Numbered from the stretch's first letter, positions 40,231 to 54,830 are shown. The stretch: DNA of 64,000 bases from Octopus sinensis (GCF_006345805.1 NC_043006.1:102052001-102116000), one strand, 5' to 3'. Notes: generated by a model not told the origin, from the sequence alone. Translations and numbers: made by a program.

Positions 40231-40744
40231 TCTAAGTTTAAAAATAGCAATGAATCATTCAATGCTGAAGGAGGGCTCAGTACTGAGAGTTGAGACATAC
40301 GTACATGAGTACTGAGAGTTGAGACATGCATGCATACTTACTTAGATACCAATCTTAAGAATTTAGGCTTCTCAAAACCAGAAGGAAAAAAGCTGCAACT
40401 GTAGAAGTCTGTAAAACTTTACAGAAGTTCATCATTAAAGTGTATATGCATGAGAAGACATGCGTGAAACAAAACATACCAATCTACACATATACATACA
40501 TGCATGCATACATACATACGTACATACAAAAATACATTGCTGTTGATGTTGAAATTCCAATGGAGCCTTGGATCTAGGTTAGAAATTGGTTCTTTATTGG
40601 CAAGAAATCTTGAAATAAAACTGAATAATGGCATATATACATACGTACATACATACATACATACATACATACATACATACATACATACATACATCATACA
40701 TACACACGTACGTACATACATACATACATACATACATACATACA

Positions 40745-42006
40745 TACATACATACAGTCCTTATTATTCCTTATATATATATATTCCCTATATATATATA
40801 GAGAGCCATCCAGATTCCCACCTTTGCCATGAACAGGATTTGATCTTCTTTCTTCGTTCTTTTGCACCATTTGGGCTCAACTTACCTTCTTTCTTCATCT
40901 GACACCAGCCTCACCGCCTCTCTTTATACAACACCAATCCCAACGGATTCCCACTAACTTTCCACATCCTCCATCTACACACCTGCATACTGCCCACCTC
41001 AACCACATGCATCATTATACATACACCCATACACACTGTTCAACTCATCACTTACTTCACACACCATTACACACACCCACAACACCTTCCTACTCCACAC
41101 ACACTTCTCAGCAGCCACACAACACACCATCAGCCACACACACACACAATCTTCAATAGTGTCATCACACATACCACTATATGAGCAGCCACACACACTG
41201 TTTTTAAGTTCTTCAAAGTTCTTTAACAATTTGGTATCTTCTAAATGGAATTAATATTTGTTTACATCCATTTGTAACTCAGTACACAACCACATACCAT
41301 CATGCAGACTCCCACCCCTACACAAGCACATAATACCTGAACACAGACAATATATACACATATACATACATGCATGCATACATACATACATACAGTCCTT
41401 ATTATTCCTTATATATATATATTCCCTATATATATATAGAGAGCCATCCAGATTCCCACCTTTGCCATGAACAGGATTTGATCTTCTTTCTTCATTCTTT
41501 TGCACCACATGGGCTCAACTTACCTTCTCTCTTCATCTGACACCTGCCTCACTGCCTCTCTTTATACAACACCAATCCCAACGGATTCCCACTAACTTTC
41601 CACATCCTCCACCTACACACCTGCATATACCCACCTCAACAACATGCATCATTATACATACACCCATACACACTGTTCAACTCATCACTTACTTCACACA
41701 CCATAACACACACCCACAACACCTTCCTACTCCACACACACTTCTCAGCAGCCACACAACACACCATCAGCCACACACACACACAATCTTCAATAGTGTC
41801 ATCACACATACCACTATATGAGCAGCCACACACACTGTTTTTAAGTTCTTCAAAGTTCTTTAACAATTTGGTATCTTCTAAATGGAATTAATATTTGTTT
41901 ACATCCATTTGTAACTCAGTACACAACCACATACCATCATGCAGACTCCCACCCCTACACAAGCACATAATACCTGAACACAGACAATATATACACATAT
42001 ACATAC
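40745..42006. repeat. Direct tandem duplication, two ~637-bp units
   Basis: CAGTCCTTATTATTCC occurs at 40755 and 41393. Near-identical ORFs 40999..41229 and 41636..41866 are 637 bp apart. Confidence 0.95.
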
Positions 42007-43585
42007 ACACAACATGCAACACACATAGGCAAAGATAACTTTTGCTCGCATACATACACTATACACATGCACACCATTTGGTCACAGTGACACACATACA
42101 CATGTGCACACACCACGTGAAAAAGCACACATCAACTGCTACACACACACTATTCTCACATACGTACACATGCAAATGCACCTCCTCTTGAGATCACCAT
42201 GAATTATTTCCCTTTCATTCAACCTCTCTTTATTATTGTCTTCCTTTCATTCAACCTCTTTTTTTCCAATCATTTGCCATGTTGGACCACTGAACACAAC
42301 ATGTTTTTCATTCTCTCTCCATTTATTTCCTCTTATTCCTTTCTGTCGAAGAGTGTGAAACTCATACACTGGCTTGTTGTTTCTACACCTGTCTTCGTCT
42401 TTGTTTTTCTATAAGTTTGAACTAAATATATACATACATACATACATACATGCCAGCATGGCAAGCAGATGTTAATGATTACGACAGTGCTGATGATATA
42501 TATGTATGTGTGTGTATGTATAAATACAGACTTCTTTCAGTCTCCATCTACCCAATTCACTCACAAGGACCATTGTGTGTTTATATAAAATAAAAAGCTG
42601 TATGTACATGTATGTACATGGTAAAGATGTATATCAGGTTAACTGAGAACATTTTTAAAGCTAGATAAACACAGCATACCTATTTGTTTAGATCCAGAAG
42701 TAAGAGGAATGCTACATTTTAAAATCTTCTTGGTTTCTAAAAGCTAATGGTGAATGCAGTCTTACAATGAAATGAAATATTGTTGCAACGGCTTACAATG
42801 GCTGCCATAGCTACCCTCACCCAAGCTCTATCAAGAAACTTAAGACCCATGGCTGTGTGCCGAAAATAAAAGAAGAAATGTTTCTGCTTTCATACAAAGA
42901 AATACAAGCATATTCCAGTGCCTGTTTTGAAATTGTGAACTTGTGTAGCAAGAAATTTGAGCCATGATTTGGTTTCAGATATGAATAACCTTTATTAAAT
43001 GAAGTAGAGTTACTTCCCTTCCTGAAAAAAAAAATCTTTCTTGATAAGAATTTGTACAGTTGTGTGAATTACCACTTTACCTCGTGTATCTTAGTATATG
43101 ACTCACAAAATCTGGACTGGATAATAAAAAAGTGAGGTCGTAGTACTGTCTTGAATGTTTTAAGGGTCTCTCTCTCTGTCTCTTACACAAAATCATGGAA
43201 TTTCAATAACCAACATAAGGAATCAAATAATCAAATTTAATTATATCCAGCACTTTGTGTTGAGTACTTTTCTTCTCTTCATTATAAACAGTGTAGTTAT
43301 ATTTTTCTTTTTTATATATTTTCTGTATTTTTTTAAATCAATGTAACTGTTGTCATAAGTTTTTGGCAAGATTTATGAAATTCGTAGCTAATCTGAGCCT
43401 TTCCATTTGTAACAGCCACCATCTGAATGGCTAGTATTAGCTATATTAGTATTCTGTTCAGGGCAATGTGTTTTTCTTTTTTCCATTTCTTTTTGTTTAT
43501 TTTCTTTCTTTTCTTTATCTTCTATTCAAGTAAACAAATAAACTACACAAAAAAACTGTTGTTGCAACTGCCACACTGAAGAATA

Positions 43586-43616
<31 letters not shown>

Positions 43617-44081
43617 TGTATGTATGTATGTATGTATGTTTAAAATAATGGCAACAAAAAGCATTAAAAAACATCAAAACTATGAATAAATAAATGAATG
43701 AAAAAAGAAAGCAAAAGAAAAGGAATATTTTTGTTAGTCTCTGTCAACACTAAAGCAAGTGTTGCCTGAATGGTCTGCTGCTTGGATGTGGTTTAAATAA
43801 TTTATTTTATGCAAAGAATTATTGTTGTGTTTCTCTCCTACTATCTCTTTTCATGTTGGGAAGTCTAAATATTTCATATCACTTCAGGCCTCTCCTGACA
43901 TTTTGCTCCACACACTCTAAATAAACTCACAACTAGGGAGTGTTTTTTAAAGTCTTCTGCGTTTACTCGATATTGTCCAAAACAGCAAGGAGAGATTTCC
44001 ATCTTTTAACTGAAATTCAGTTAGGTCTATCAGTTGATATATATATATGAAACAAACACATACACACATAAATGCTTATAT

Positions 44082-44143
<62 letters not shown>

Positions 44144-44213
44144 CATACATACATACATACATATATTTATATATATATAAAATATAAACATTTCATATGT
44201 ATGTATGTATTTA

Positions 44214-44463
44214 TTGGGTTGGTGCAGAATTATTGTGGCTTTTTTTCAACAAATTTTCTGCAGCAAAAGCAATAACAATATTTGATATAAACATCTTTGA
44301 ACGATGCTCTGACTGTCTGCCAAGCAAATGGGAAGCAGTAAATGAAGTAGATGGTGAATATGCTCTGGAAAAATCACTTAAAGATGTTTTTGTTACATGT
44401 TGTTATTGTTTTTGTTGAATAAAATTTGTTGAAAAAAGCTGCAATAATTATGCACCAACCCAA
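44214..44463 (+). mobile_element. Mariner-derived MITE (250 bp)
   Basis: TIRs TTGGGTTGGTGCAGAATTATTG / CAATAATTATGCACCAACCCAA with TA on both sides. The interior keeps the transposase C-terminal remnant LPSKWEAVNEVDGEYA. Confidence 0.9.
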
Positions 44464-47127
44464 TATATATATATATATACATACATATATAATAATAATA
44501 GTAGGGAATATAATTCCAAAACTTACAGGGAAAAATTCAATTTAACAATTTTAAATCAAATTTCACAATATATAATATATGTATATAATTTAGAGAAAAA
44601 CCACTATTAAACAATTCAATAAAGAAAGATGTTATTCACACCATATAGAAAACATATGCTATAAAAAACCTAATTTAAAATCAATAAACTACAATAAATA
44701 GTAAATAGTATTAAAAAGACTATGCACGTTTCATGGCTATATTTTCAAATAGTTGATAATAATAAAATCAATTGGATTCAAAATTAAATCGAATTAAAAT
44801 TCTATTTAAAAATATAATCACTCATCAGGTCTAAGATAATAAATAATAAAAAATAATAATAGAATAAATGTACTTATCTTAACTTATATTAATTATCAAA
44901 TAACTATATGAAGAATATATAGTTAATGAAAATCCTTTGACAAGATAAGTTATATTTTTATTTTAAGAAATATTGTTAAATGATTTTCGATTATTTATAG
45001 TTAATACACTTATTTTGTTTTTATATTGAAAGGTGTGACTTGGATGCTTTTCAAAATGTATTAATTTAAAGGGAGCTAATGAGAAATCAACCCTAAAAAT
45101 ATATCTCTGCTGTGTTCTGTTTGTGCTTGTGATAAAGAATATTCACCCTGCTGATGAAGATTATTCAAAATATAGGTACAAACTATTCTGGCTATGTACA
45201 CAGACTATTCTAGCTTCAGACTTTGTTCAAGATACAGATAAACCATTTTAGCTATAGAGGAAAGCCACAGCTGCAGATACCGAGTGTTACAGCTACAGCT
45301 AAAGATATTTTGGGCTACAAATAAAAAAAAGATAAAGAAACTATTGAAGGTATGGATAAAGACTGTTCGAAAAGGACAATTATGTATCAAATACACTCTG
45401 TTCAAGGGTTAGCTGGAGCCAGTTCAGTCTACAGATAAAGGCTGTTCTAGATGCAGATCTTTTTTCTGTACATGAAACCACCCCAAGCATGGGCCACAGA
45501 CACCTTCTAGGCAGAGGGTTATTAAAAGGCTGGAGAGTAGATTAATGCCATGAAAACTCTATACAACTCCAAATAACAAATAAAAGATGGCAGTAAAATA
45601 ATTGATAAAAGATTTAGATGCAAAAGGATGAGATAGTGATAAAAAAACTGACAAAATAACTAATGACATTAAAAATAAATGAGATTACAATAAAGGAGCA
45701 AATAAAATGGTTATCAAAAAATACAATATAAATATGAAAATGAAGGGAACCCACATTAAGCAAAGTACTCGTTAACCATAAATTTAATGAGATCAAGGTC
45801 ATATTCATCAGAAAAATAATAGAATGTGAGTTTATTCCACAATTCAACTGTGCTAAAGAAAATGATGCTTTGTGTATCAACCTTGCAACATGTTCATAAA
45901 GCATCCAGGGAGCAGTAGAGATGCACTTTGCTAAATTTAGCAAACTGAGTTCCGATGGGAAAATTCCTAAACTAATGGGACCAGGGAATGAAGCTTATCT
46001 AAGCACTTTCCATGGAAATAATAATAGAAAAAAGTCAGACTTGCAACATTCTATTGATGGTAAAGCAGTTGAAGTGACATCACCTGCCTAATTTGATTCT
46101 GTTATCAAGAGTGGACAGTACTTATTAGGAAGAACATATCCAAATATGTGAATAGTATTCCCTTTTTAGGTAGATCTGACTCTGAGAGAAAGGCAGGAGA
46201 ACTTTAAGTGTTAGGCTACTGACTCCTAGTCACTACTATAGGATCTTTGTGGTTTTTGTCAGTGTTTAGAATTATCTTTAAATAAATGTCTTAATGCATC
46301 ATATAGATTTAATTTTTGACACTAAATCCAAATTTGTTATTCATTTATTCCAGAAAATTTTTGCAAAAATGTTACAGGTGTTCAAAGTTTGATAATTTTC
46401 AGAATTTTCAGCCAATCAGAAAACAGCACATTCACTGCCTCTTCCATCATCAGGCAAGTTGTACATCGGCATGTCAAAACATTACTAGAAATAACAGCCA
46501 AAACATTAAAATGTACACAAATGAAGTTAACATTAAAACATTCAGAAGCAAATGAACAAACAAACCAACAAGAGTTGCTAGAAATAACAGTTAAAGCATT
46601 GTTTAAAACAAACATTTATTAGTTTAAAAAACTGACCGTCACACACACACATAACCACTCATACTTCCCTTTTACTTACATATACTCACACAGAGCTGAA
46701 ACTCTCCCACTACCAGTTTGTCATCACCCTTTCCTTCCTTATTCATCTATCACCCCTTCCTTTTTCATTCCTATGTTGTGACAGAGAAAAACATAAGTAT
46801 TATTATAGTAGATTATCTTTCTCATATCTCTTTCTCCTCCTTGTGCGCATGTGCAGCATCTTTGGTTATGATGGAAACAGTTTTTCACCACGAGGATGTG
46901 TAAAATACTTGCTTCTGATTGGCTAAAATACCCAAATTTTGAAAATTTTAAAGACTAATAACTTTTTAATTATGGATTTATAGGAAAAAAATGAATTTCA
47001 TTTTCATAATTAGTATACAAAACTTAACCCATATACCAAATTTGAAAACAATTGGAACAAAACAGAGACAAAAACCACAAGGATCCCTACTATAAAATAG
47101 TTTACTAATAATGGTTACACATTTTGG

Positions 47128-47335
47128 CACAAGACCAGCAGTTTTGAAGGAGGGGGCTAAGCCAAAGTCATCAACCTCAGTGCTCAACTGGTACATTTTT
47201 TATCAACCTCTGAAAGGTTGAAAGACAAAGTTAACCTCAGTGGAATTTGAACTCAGAACATAAAGACTGATGAAATGCCAAGCATGCTAACAATTCTGCC
47301 AGCTCTCCACCTTACTAATAATGAGAAAGAATTAT
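47128..47335 (-). mobile_element. SINE family C, degenerate
   Basis: GAAAGACAAAGTTAACCTCAGTGGAATTTGAACTCAGAAC is the reverse complement of the family C body. Confidence 0.75.
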
Positions 47336-50300
47336 TATTATTGCTTTAGTCACAAGTTACTTCTTTTTTTGTTGTTTTTTTGGGGTTTTTTATTCATAAA
47401 ATAGCAAAGTACATTTGATTTGATACCAATACAGGACTGGTTTGTACTTGTAAACTGTTGCTGATTTTAGTGAAATTTGAACTTAGACATGTAAGATCTC
47501 AAACGATAAACTGTAAAACGTTATTTATACCCATCTTTCGAAGTAATCAATCACAGACTCTCTGTAAATTTAATAATAACACAACCAGTACAAGCATGTG
47601 TCTATTGATAGCTACATCTCATAACATCATTCACTACCATTGCTGCCACCAACACCACTCTTCCACCTTGTTGTCACCAGCACCACTCACCCACCATACC
47701 ACAATTACCACCAGTGCCACTCCACCGATGCCAATACCACTTGCAAGCTCACCACTACCACCAACATCATACCACCTCTAAAAATAACTGCACAATCATG
47801 AAACTTAATTCTAATAACAGAACGGCAGAAGTAAATAAGAGAAGCATAAAATTAAAATATCCAATATCGACTTCCTAGATCTACCAAATAGACAGACCTC
47901 TCTGAAAGAAAGAAAGAACATGCTGTTTCTTTCCCTTCTCTTGTGATGTGTGTGTATGTGCATGCATGCACGTGTGCGTCTCTGTATGTCTTTCTGTGTC
48001 TATGCGTGTAAGCGTGTTATACATATGTATTGATAGCTTCTAATAACAATTGGTTGTCAGCTCTTATTCCTTTTAGTTCTTCACGTTCTGATGCAACCAA
48101 CCAATTTCAGTATTACTCTAATATTACGTCAGATCTGTCTTTTCATTCCTCTTTAATAACATTTCTGTTAAGTTACCCATCTTTTTCTGCTTGTTTTTCA
48201 TTTCTTTTTCTTGTATTTTTCTTTTCCTTTTTTTTTTTTTACTTTAGAGTATTTCCTTTGCTTATTAATTAATATATCTCTCATCTTATGTAGCAATAAT
48301 TACTTGATTGCTCAGTTAAGAGGAAAAGCAATTTGTTCTGTAATTTTGAAGCAATATATGTCTTCAGAGCGTGCATGACAAATCGTCCTGGCAAATTTAT
48401 TGACTTCAGTCACCACCAGGTCTCGTCAGTATTGGTTTACACAGAAAGCAACGATGTAATTAGTAAAATGAATAAAAAGAAGAAAGAAAAAAAGAGTAAA
48501 TAAACAGATAAATACAAAGGAGACAGTGGAAATGTCAGAAATTCTCAATATGACATTTCATTGACTCTGTGTGTATTTTCCTGCAGTAATATCTCTAACA
48601 AGGCCAGTATGTTACATTATGTCCAACAGACAAATATAGATTGCAGTTAATAATGACATGGAATAGTTTATTTACCATACTGGAATATGAAGAAATACTA
48701 AATTTGCTATTGCTGTTTCACTGTCTTGCAAGTTTCAGTCAACCGACTATGGCCATACTGGAGTACTTGATTTAGTTACTTGTTTATTTGTTATATGACA
48801 CACGTAAATAACAACTGAATGAATGTTGTATTTCTCACTCTCTCTCCACAGTTTCAAACTGAACTATTTCCAAGTCAACAGGCTCATGCATCTGCAGGAT
48901 ATAATGGTTACTGACACCTAGCTTGTTCAGTAGATTTTCTGTTGCTATTGGCAAGTCAGGGTGTAGATTGGGATATATAACATATAAAAAAAGAGCTTAA
49001 CTATTACTCACAAGCAAGTGTGATCTGGTAGCTTACACCACACTTTTGTTGATTGCTTTAAATGCATATGTAGTTGTGAGCAAACATAGGAGTTCTCTAA
49101 AATATATATATATTAGCAATAGAAGCACTATTCATGTTTAAGTGGGCATAAATAGAAACTCTCTGAGCTCTCTGACCCTTGACCCTGCAGAACATCAAGA
49201 AAGGAACAGCTGGAGGAGACAGAAGGTTGCTTGAACTCCAGGCTGGTACTCCTTTTCTGCTAAGTAGACTTGACCAATATAAAATTATATGCCTTGCTTC
49301 TAGACACAGGACATCAGTGAGTTCAGGATCGAACCTTCAACCTTGATCATAAGCCAAACACGAACTATTAGACTACGTGCCTCCACATAGAATGGAACAT
49401 ATTGATTCATACGAGGGGAAATGAAACTATTACTACTTATATAATACCTTTATCAACTACAGTTAAGTATGTAACTTTGGGAGACAGCTTAAAACTTTTG
49501 TTACCAAATTTTTAAAGAAATAAACTTAATTCTTTTCAATTGATTTTGAAAATAATGTTTAATGTAGTAAAATAACTTAAACGAAATTTTAATTGCAAAG
49601 TTTTAATTTAGATCTCTTATTTTTAAGATATTCGAACTGTAGAACCAAGGGCATCCTGAATCCGGTTGGTTTCTAAAGGATTAATGTATATAGGTGAATA
49701 TGATGTCATAGCCCTAGCACCTAGAATTAGGTGTCAGGTAGCTCTTAGAAAACATCATATAGGGTATGCAAAGGATAGAAGATGGTGAGTGGGAAGGGTA
49801 AAGTGATAGTTAAAGAATTTCTTATACCAAAGAAATCAAAATGTCTTACTTTGACTTTCTTATATTCTGTTCACCCTACCTCCAGCACACCTTATATATC
49901 ATATTTTTTTTTACAAGAACCAAGTTGATTTATGAATTGCAATATTTATATAGTATTTGGCTAAGACATTGTCAATTTTCCTTAACAATTTATGCTTCAT
50001 GCTGGAAAAAAAAGAGAAAGCTGAATTCAGTTTTTACTCTGTCAATCAACAATGTTCAACTGCATCCTAAAGGAGATGAGAAAAATAGCCAAAATAAAGG
50101 CAGGTCTGATGGGAATATATACAATAGGACAAGTAAATCCATATGCCCATTCTTTAGTGAGTGTTAACACTTGACATGTAATGGTTTAACAGTTTTTGCT
50201 GTATTATCTACTGCAACAAAGCTGACCCATGTAAACATAGAAATGTAGACATTAAAACAGTGGCATTGGTGGCAGCATCATCATCATCTGCCTTTCAAAA

Positions 50301-51390
50301 ATTAAGTTTTGCCTGCAAAGTCTTTGAAAGCATCTCAGTGCAGCCATGCAACCTGACAGAAATAGTAGCCAAATTTCTCTCAAACTACCTAAGAAAGAAC
50401 AATGTTGCCTATTATAGTCATAGATACATTGTATCTGAAAGAAATATACTTGATGATCAGTCTACTTGACCAGGTCTTACCTAGTACTAAACAACAACAT
50501 GTATGGCCCATGAATTATTTGCTTTTCCTCACAAGATGTAAAGTAGTATGGCTTCCTCTGAAACAAAATTCACACTTATACACATGCACACACAGGATTT
50601 TCTTTACCCTCATCCCCAGTACATTTATCTCCTGGGGAAATAGATATTGTTTAAATAGAACATTATAAAGAAAAAAGAATTTCAAAGATTTTTTCATATT
50701 TCTTTTTCTTTATGGTTTATTAATATTATCATTATTTAATCTTGAGGTTATAATTATTTCTCTTGATCCACAATAGTACAAGTCTTTGATTCTTTTATTC
50801 TTCAACACTGTGGATTAGGCAATTTTTGAGGATCAATTCTCCAAGCTCTCTGTAATTTTGGCAAATTACCTTATTAGTCTTAAACTCTCTTTGACTGCAA
50901 GTAAATCTTACATCAATTTAGTTTTACATTTTTTTTATGTCTATCATTTTCTTCAACTCTAATGTACTATTATTAACTACTTCACTATCCTTTTGAAGGT
51001 CTGACCATAGGAGTTAGGGAAGCATTAGCTTATTAAATGGTGAAATAAGCATCTCAAATCTTGTTTCAGGAATTGTATGGACATTTTTTTTTTTTTTTTA
51101 CAAATCTAGATTCTGATTCTTTTTAGTTCGCTGTAGTGCACATATTGTAGTTTGAACATCAACCCTATGGCTGAAATCATTATAAATTGGTTCTGATTGA
51201 AGAAGCACCAATCAGTTTATGACTGATTTTCATTTTAAGGTTTTCTGGTACAGATTTTTTTTTTCTTTTTAACATATATTTTTTTCTTTATCAGTATAAT
51301 CTCCTAAATTGGTTTCTGAATCAACACAAATCACGAAATTGATTATATAATTTATTCCAATAGAAACGTCCATCAAATAACTTTCATCAT

Positions 51391-51434
<44 letters not shown>

Positions 51435-52082
51435 CTTTCAATTTAGGTAAATTAAACATTAAAGTACATTGAATAAAGTCAAAGATGTAGTGATTCCAAA
51501 GCAGTGATAACACTACTTTAGTACCATTAATGCTCTGCTTTCTTGATGAAGTACATTATTACACTTGCTTCGATATATCCTTGCTGAAAATTAATTTACC
51601 TTATTCATTTCAAGGATATTTATTGAGCACAAAGTATGTGCTCAATAAATCATCCATCCATAAGCAAAAAGAAAATACTTTTTGTTAATAACTTACCAGC
51701 AAATGTCTAAATTTATACGTAATAGCTAAGCTATTTGTACATAAAAATACTATACCATGTCTTTGTATTTTGCCTGGAGGTTGTCAGTAGAAGAGTGAAA
51801 TGCTAGTAATGTTGGTATATAAACAAAAATATACATTGCTTTTTGTAGATCTGAGCAATGTCTCACTTGAAGGGGTATTGAGCAACATTTAAATGTGGAT
51901 AAACATATACCTTTGTTACTAATATAAAGAGATAATTTACTAAATATTTCCTTTCGTTCATTCATCTCTCAGCACTCTCCACCTTTTATCTTCCAACAAG
52001 AGAAGCCTCTACATGGTCACTTACCCTGCCAGAAATTGCAGCCATCAACCTCTTCAATCTTTAAAGGGAAAAAGGACAAAAG

Positions 52083-52490
52083 CACAGGTATAGGTGTGGA
52101 GTAAGAAGCTTGCTTCCTAATGACATGGTTCTGGGCTCATTCCCACTGCATGGCACCTTTTTAAGTGTCTTCTACTATAACCTCAGGCTGACCAAAGACT
52201 TTTGAGTGGATTTGGTAGACAGAAAATGAAAGAAGCCTATTATGTGTATGCACACACACACACACACACACATATATAAGCCTGTTTGTCCTCTAACCAC
52301 CACTTGACAACCAGTGTTGTTGTGTTTACATCCCTGTAACTTAGCAGTTTGGCAAAAAAATCAATAGAGTAAGTACCAGGTTTTAAAAATATACTGGGGT
52401 TGATTCATCTGACAAACATTTCTTCATGGTGGTACCTCAGCATCAGCACAGTCTAATGACTGAAAAAAAATAAAAGATGAAATGATAAAA
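52083..52490 (+). mobile_element. SINE family A, older copy
   Basis: Colinear with 3669-4077, including the internal (CA)n. Confidence 0.8.
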
Positions 52491-53087
52491 CTGAATAATG
52501 TATCCTAGATAACCCTAAAACTATTGAGTGGTGACAGATGGAATCATTTTTGATCACAGATCTGATCAATAAAGGTTTAGCTGGGGCTGTACAAACAAAC
52601 AACCCTGTCTTTCTAACCACTTTTATTGTATCTTTTCAAATCTTTGTCTCTAACAGTATTTCTCTAAACATTTTTAGCTGTAAAACATTTTTTTTTACAT
52701 TTTAATCTCAAATAACAACAAAGAAAAAAACAAAAAACTGTCAAATCCTTCTTTTCAAGGATTTGGAGTTTATAATTTTCCAAATTTTTACTTGAATTTA
52801 AGAAGAGAGATTTATCTCATAAAGTGATAAAATAAAATATATATATATCTTAAATAAACAACTTAAATTTGTTTATTTTTTAACATATTGCTTCAAGTTT
52901 TAGGTTTTAACGAGATGACTACTTCTTTTGTATGTGTATTTGAATTATTTTTTAGCGTCCTGTTTACTGCATTATATATATATATATTTATTTTTGTGTG
53001 TATATATATATTTATCTTTGTATGTGTGTGTATATGTATATATTTATTTTTGTATGTATATATATATATAGATATATATTTATCTTG

Positions 53088-53126
<39 letters not shown>

Positions 53127-54679
53127 TCTTTGTATGTATGTGTATATATATATAGATATATATAGTTATCTTTGTGTTTGTGTATACATGTATATATATT
53201 TATTTATTTATCTTGTAAGTGATAACTCACTTGTTGGCAAAAAAAATTTAATATCTAGGGAAACATTTAAAACTGAATCTTCAACTCATGCAATGAGTTT
53301 GAATTTCAGAATTTCTTTCTTGTACGCTATTTCATATGAAAAGCCACTCTTGCAGTAATAAATTGTTTAAAGTGGAAACAGCACTCACGTTATTTATTAA
53401 ACTTGATGAGAGTATTTTGACCCAAACTTCAGTCAAAGACTTTTTTCAAGATTTTGTAGATTCCTGTTTTTGATGAAAATTAGGAAATAAGTTAGTTATT
53501 ACTACATAGTCTTTCCTCCCATCACAATCGATTAGCTTCATTTGTAACGATCAATGTATTTTACTTCATGTTTCATAATTAGCTTCTGTTAGATGAAAAT
53601 GCAAAAGCTCCAAGCAGAGGTATGGCTCTATGGTTCAGCAATTTGCTACCCAGCCTCATGGTTTGGGGTTCAGTTCCACAGCATTGCACCTTGGGCAAAT
53701 ATATTCTACTATAACCCTGGGCTGATAAAAGCTTTGTGAGTGGAATTAGTGAAGAGAAACATTTACCCATCATGTGTATATGAGTGTCATGTGACTGTGC
53801 ATTTATATGTGAGTGTCATGTGAGTGTGCACATGACTTTGCATGTTTATGTGAATGTGCATGTGTGTGTGTGTGTGTGTGTGTTAGTGTGTGAGTGTATG
53901 TGAGTGCGTATGTGTTTCTTCACGTTTTTGTTGGTTGTAAACAATGGACTTGAAGTTGATGCTGTTTGTTTGCAGTCAACTGCAAAGCAAGTCCAAGCTT
54001 CTTTCACATGTTTTCATATGTTGTGAATCCTTTGTAAGTAAAAGACTCATTCACACAGAATTTGTTTCTATTCCTCTGCATAAATATGTCCAGGCTTTTT
54101 GTTGTTTGAGAGATTGGGAGATTATCATCTCACTTGGAAACAGGAAGAGTATTCAATTGTTAGAAACTGCTCCAACATACTCTCATTTGACTTGTGCAAA
54201 CATGGGAAAATAGAGGTTAAAATGATGTTGTGCTATGGATAAGATGGTTTGAGATATGCAGGCCAATAGCAGACCAAATAAGACAGGTAGATAAAAACTG
54301 ATGCCCGGTGGTGCCAGATTTACCATTGTGCTTAGGTGTACTTCAGCACAGATCCCCATTGACCAGTGGGTAGAGCCATCTTCCTGCCCAAAATATTTTT
54401 TACAATGAATTTCTCAAGCATGTATACCTGGTTGTCCAAATAAGGAGCCTCATAACTTAACTAGCACAGGTCCTCATTTGTCCTAAGTCCAGCACTGCTG
54501 GTGTCATGCTGAGAATGGGTTTCACAGATTTCATCTCACTGAATCACAAATTCATGATGTGCCATTCTGCTATGAATATTCAAAGAGGTCCAAAGTAGGG
54601 AAAACATTTTAAATTGGTTAGAGCTTGGGTTGAAGCTGGAGAATGGTTATGGTGTATTTAAATATTGGTAAATACTGGT

Positions 54680-54830
54680 ACTGTGGATGTGTGTAGCTTA
54701 GTGGTTAGAGTATTCCACTCATGATCATAAGATTGTGGTTTCAATTCCTGGACCAGGTGATGCATTGTGTTCTTGAGCAAAACACTTCATTTCACGTTGC
54801 TCCAGTCCACTCAGCTGGCAAGAAGTGAGT
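54680..54830 (+). mobile_element. SINE family B, 5' part
   Basis: TAGCTTAGTGGTTAGAG...TTGTGTTCTTGAGCAAAACACTTCATTTCACGTTGCTCCAGTCCACTCAGCTG. Confidence 0.75.

Noticed and set aside
40279-40330. 29-bp direct duplication (similar one near 31153-31210)
   Set aside because: Real but an ordinary local slippage duplication with no further structure.
42680-42736. Minus-strand micro-exon TKKILKCSIPLTSGSKQI (also 16205-16245 QRDKGTRVINNF)
   Set aside because: Short, not phase-compatible with the 50481 candidate, and no recognisable homology.
45130-46170. Decayed piggyBac-like transposase (KYRYKLFWLC resembles KYGIKxFxLC)
   Set aside because: A single weak motif, many stops and no termini. It would need a profile-HMM or blastx hit to support.
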